Assembly (NCBI RefSeq): GCF_001194135.2 | Contig: NC_068982.1 | Coordinates: forward strand, 186,177,195-186,241,194 | Length of the DNA: 64,000 bases | Direction: 5' to 3' | Source: Octopus bimaculoides | Taxonomy: Eukaryota | Part shown: piece after piece, positions 63,742 to 64,000 of the stretch | Position numbering within the stretch: the first letter of the stretch is position 1 | How the letters are laid out: every line of letters starts with the position of its first letter | Program-made: the position numbers and the translations under genes | The notes under the pieces: model-generated | Seen by the model: the letters and a program-made list of their open reading frames with translations, nothing else | The model's database searches: none | What the model was told of the DNA's origin: nothing

Positions 63742-63824
63742 CATTTGGAGGGGCGGCTGCCGTCGGGACCTACCTGGCTGCTAACAATGTCACGCCGCGT
63801 GATATCAAGAGAGCATATTTCCGA
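63742..63824 (+). CDS. Unknown gene exon (FGGAAAVGTYLAANNVTPRDIKRAYFR); gene continues past window end
   Basis: ttttttccttcag acceptor, CGA|gtatgt donor, 83 nt, phase 1 to 0, GC-rich coding-like composition. Confidence 0.72.
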
Positions 63825-64000
63825 GTATGTACTTTATTTATTTCAGTGTCATTGTCATAAAATGTGGAGATTATTTTAATTTCATTAAAGAAATTTACTT
63901 TCATTTTCATAAATATACATGTGTATGTATGAATGTATACATACATGTATATGTGTATCTGTGGTTGTGTGTGATATATTATATATATATATCATCATCG

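Overview
AT-rich, gap-riddled (N-run) animal genomic DNA with GT-AG introns, dense microsatellites and a repeat set typical of octopus. The octopus assignment is an inference from repeat style, not a database result. Two genes are visible. (1) On the minus strand, the 5' half of POLR3B/RPC2 (second-largest RNA polymerase III subunit): 13 exons from ATG at 20261 to position 101, 487 codons in one continuous frame, running off the left edge. (2) On the plus strand, a multi-exon gene I cannot name. It has a CCAAT/Inr promoter near 44.3 kb and phase-consistent exons at 44474, 52839, 57972, 60002 (14-nt microexon), 63202 and 63742, and runs off the right edge. The rest is mostly mobile DNA: RTE and CR1/L2-type LINE pieces, tRNA-derived SINEs, mariner, piggyBac, hAT, Merlin-like and Mutator-like MITEs, and Helitron-like ends. 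The most interesting signal is three distinct non-coding repeat families carrying minimal type I hammerhead-ribozyme motifs with palindromic stem III. One is a 521-bp terminally redundant unit with a nearly complete ribozyme (retrozyme-like). One has a tRNA/pol III head and occurs as head-to-head palindromes. One has a variant catalytic core.
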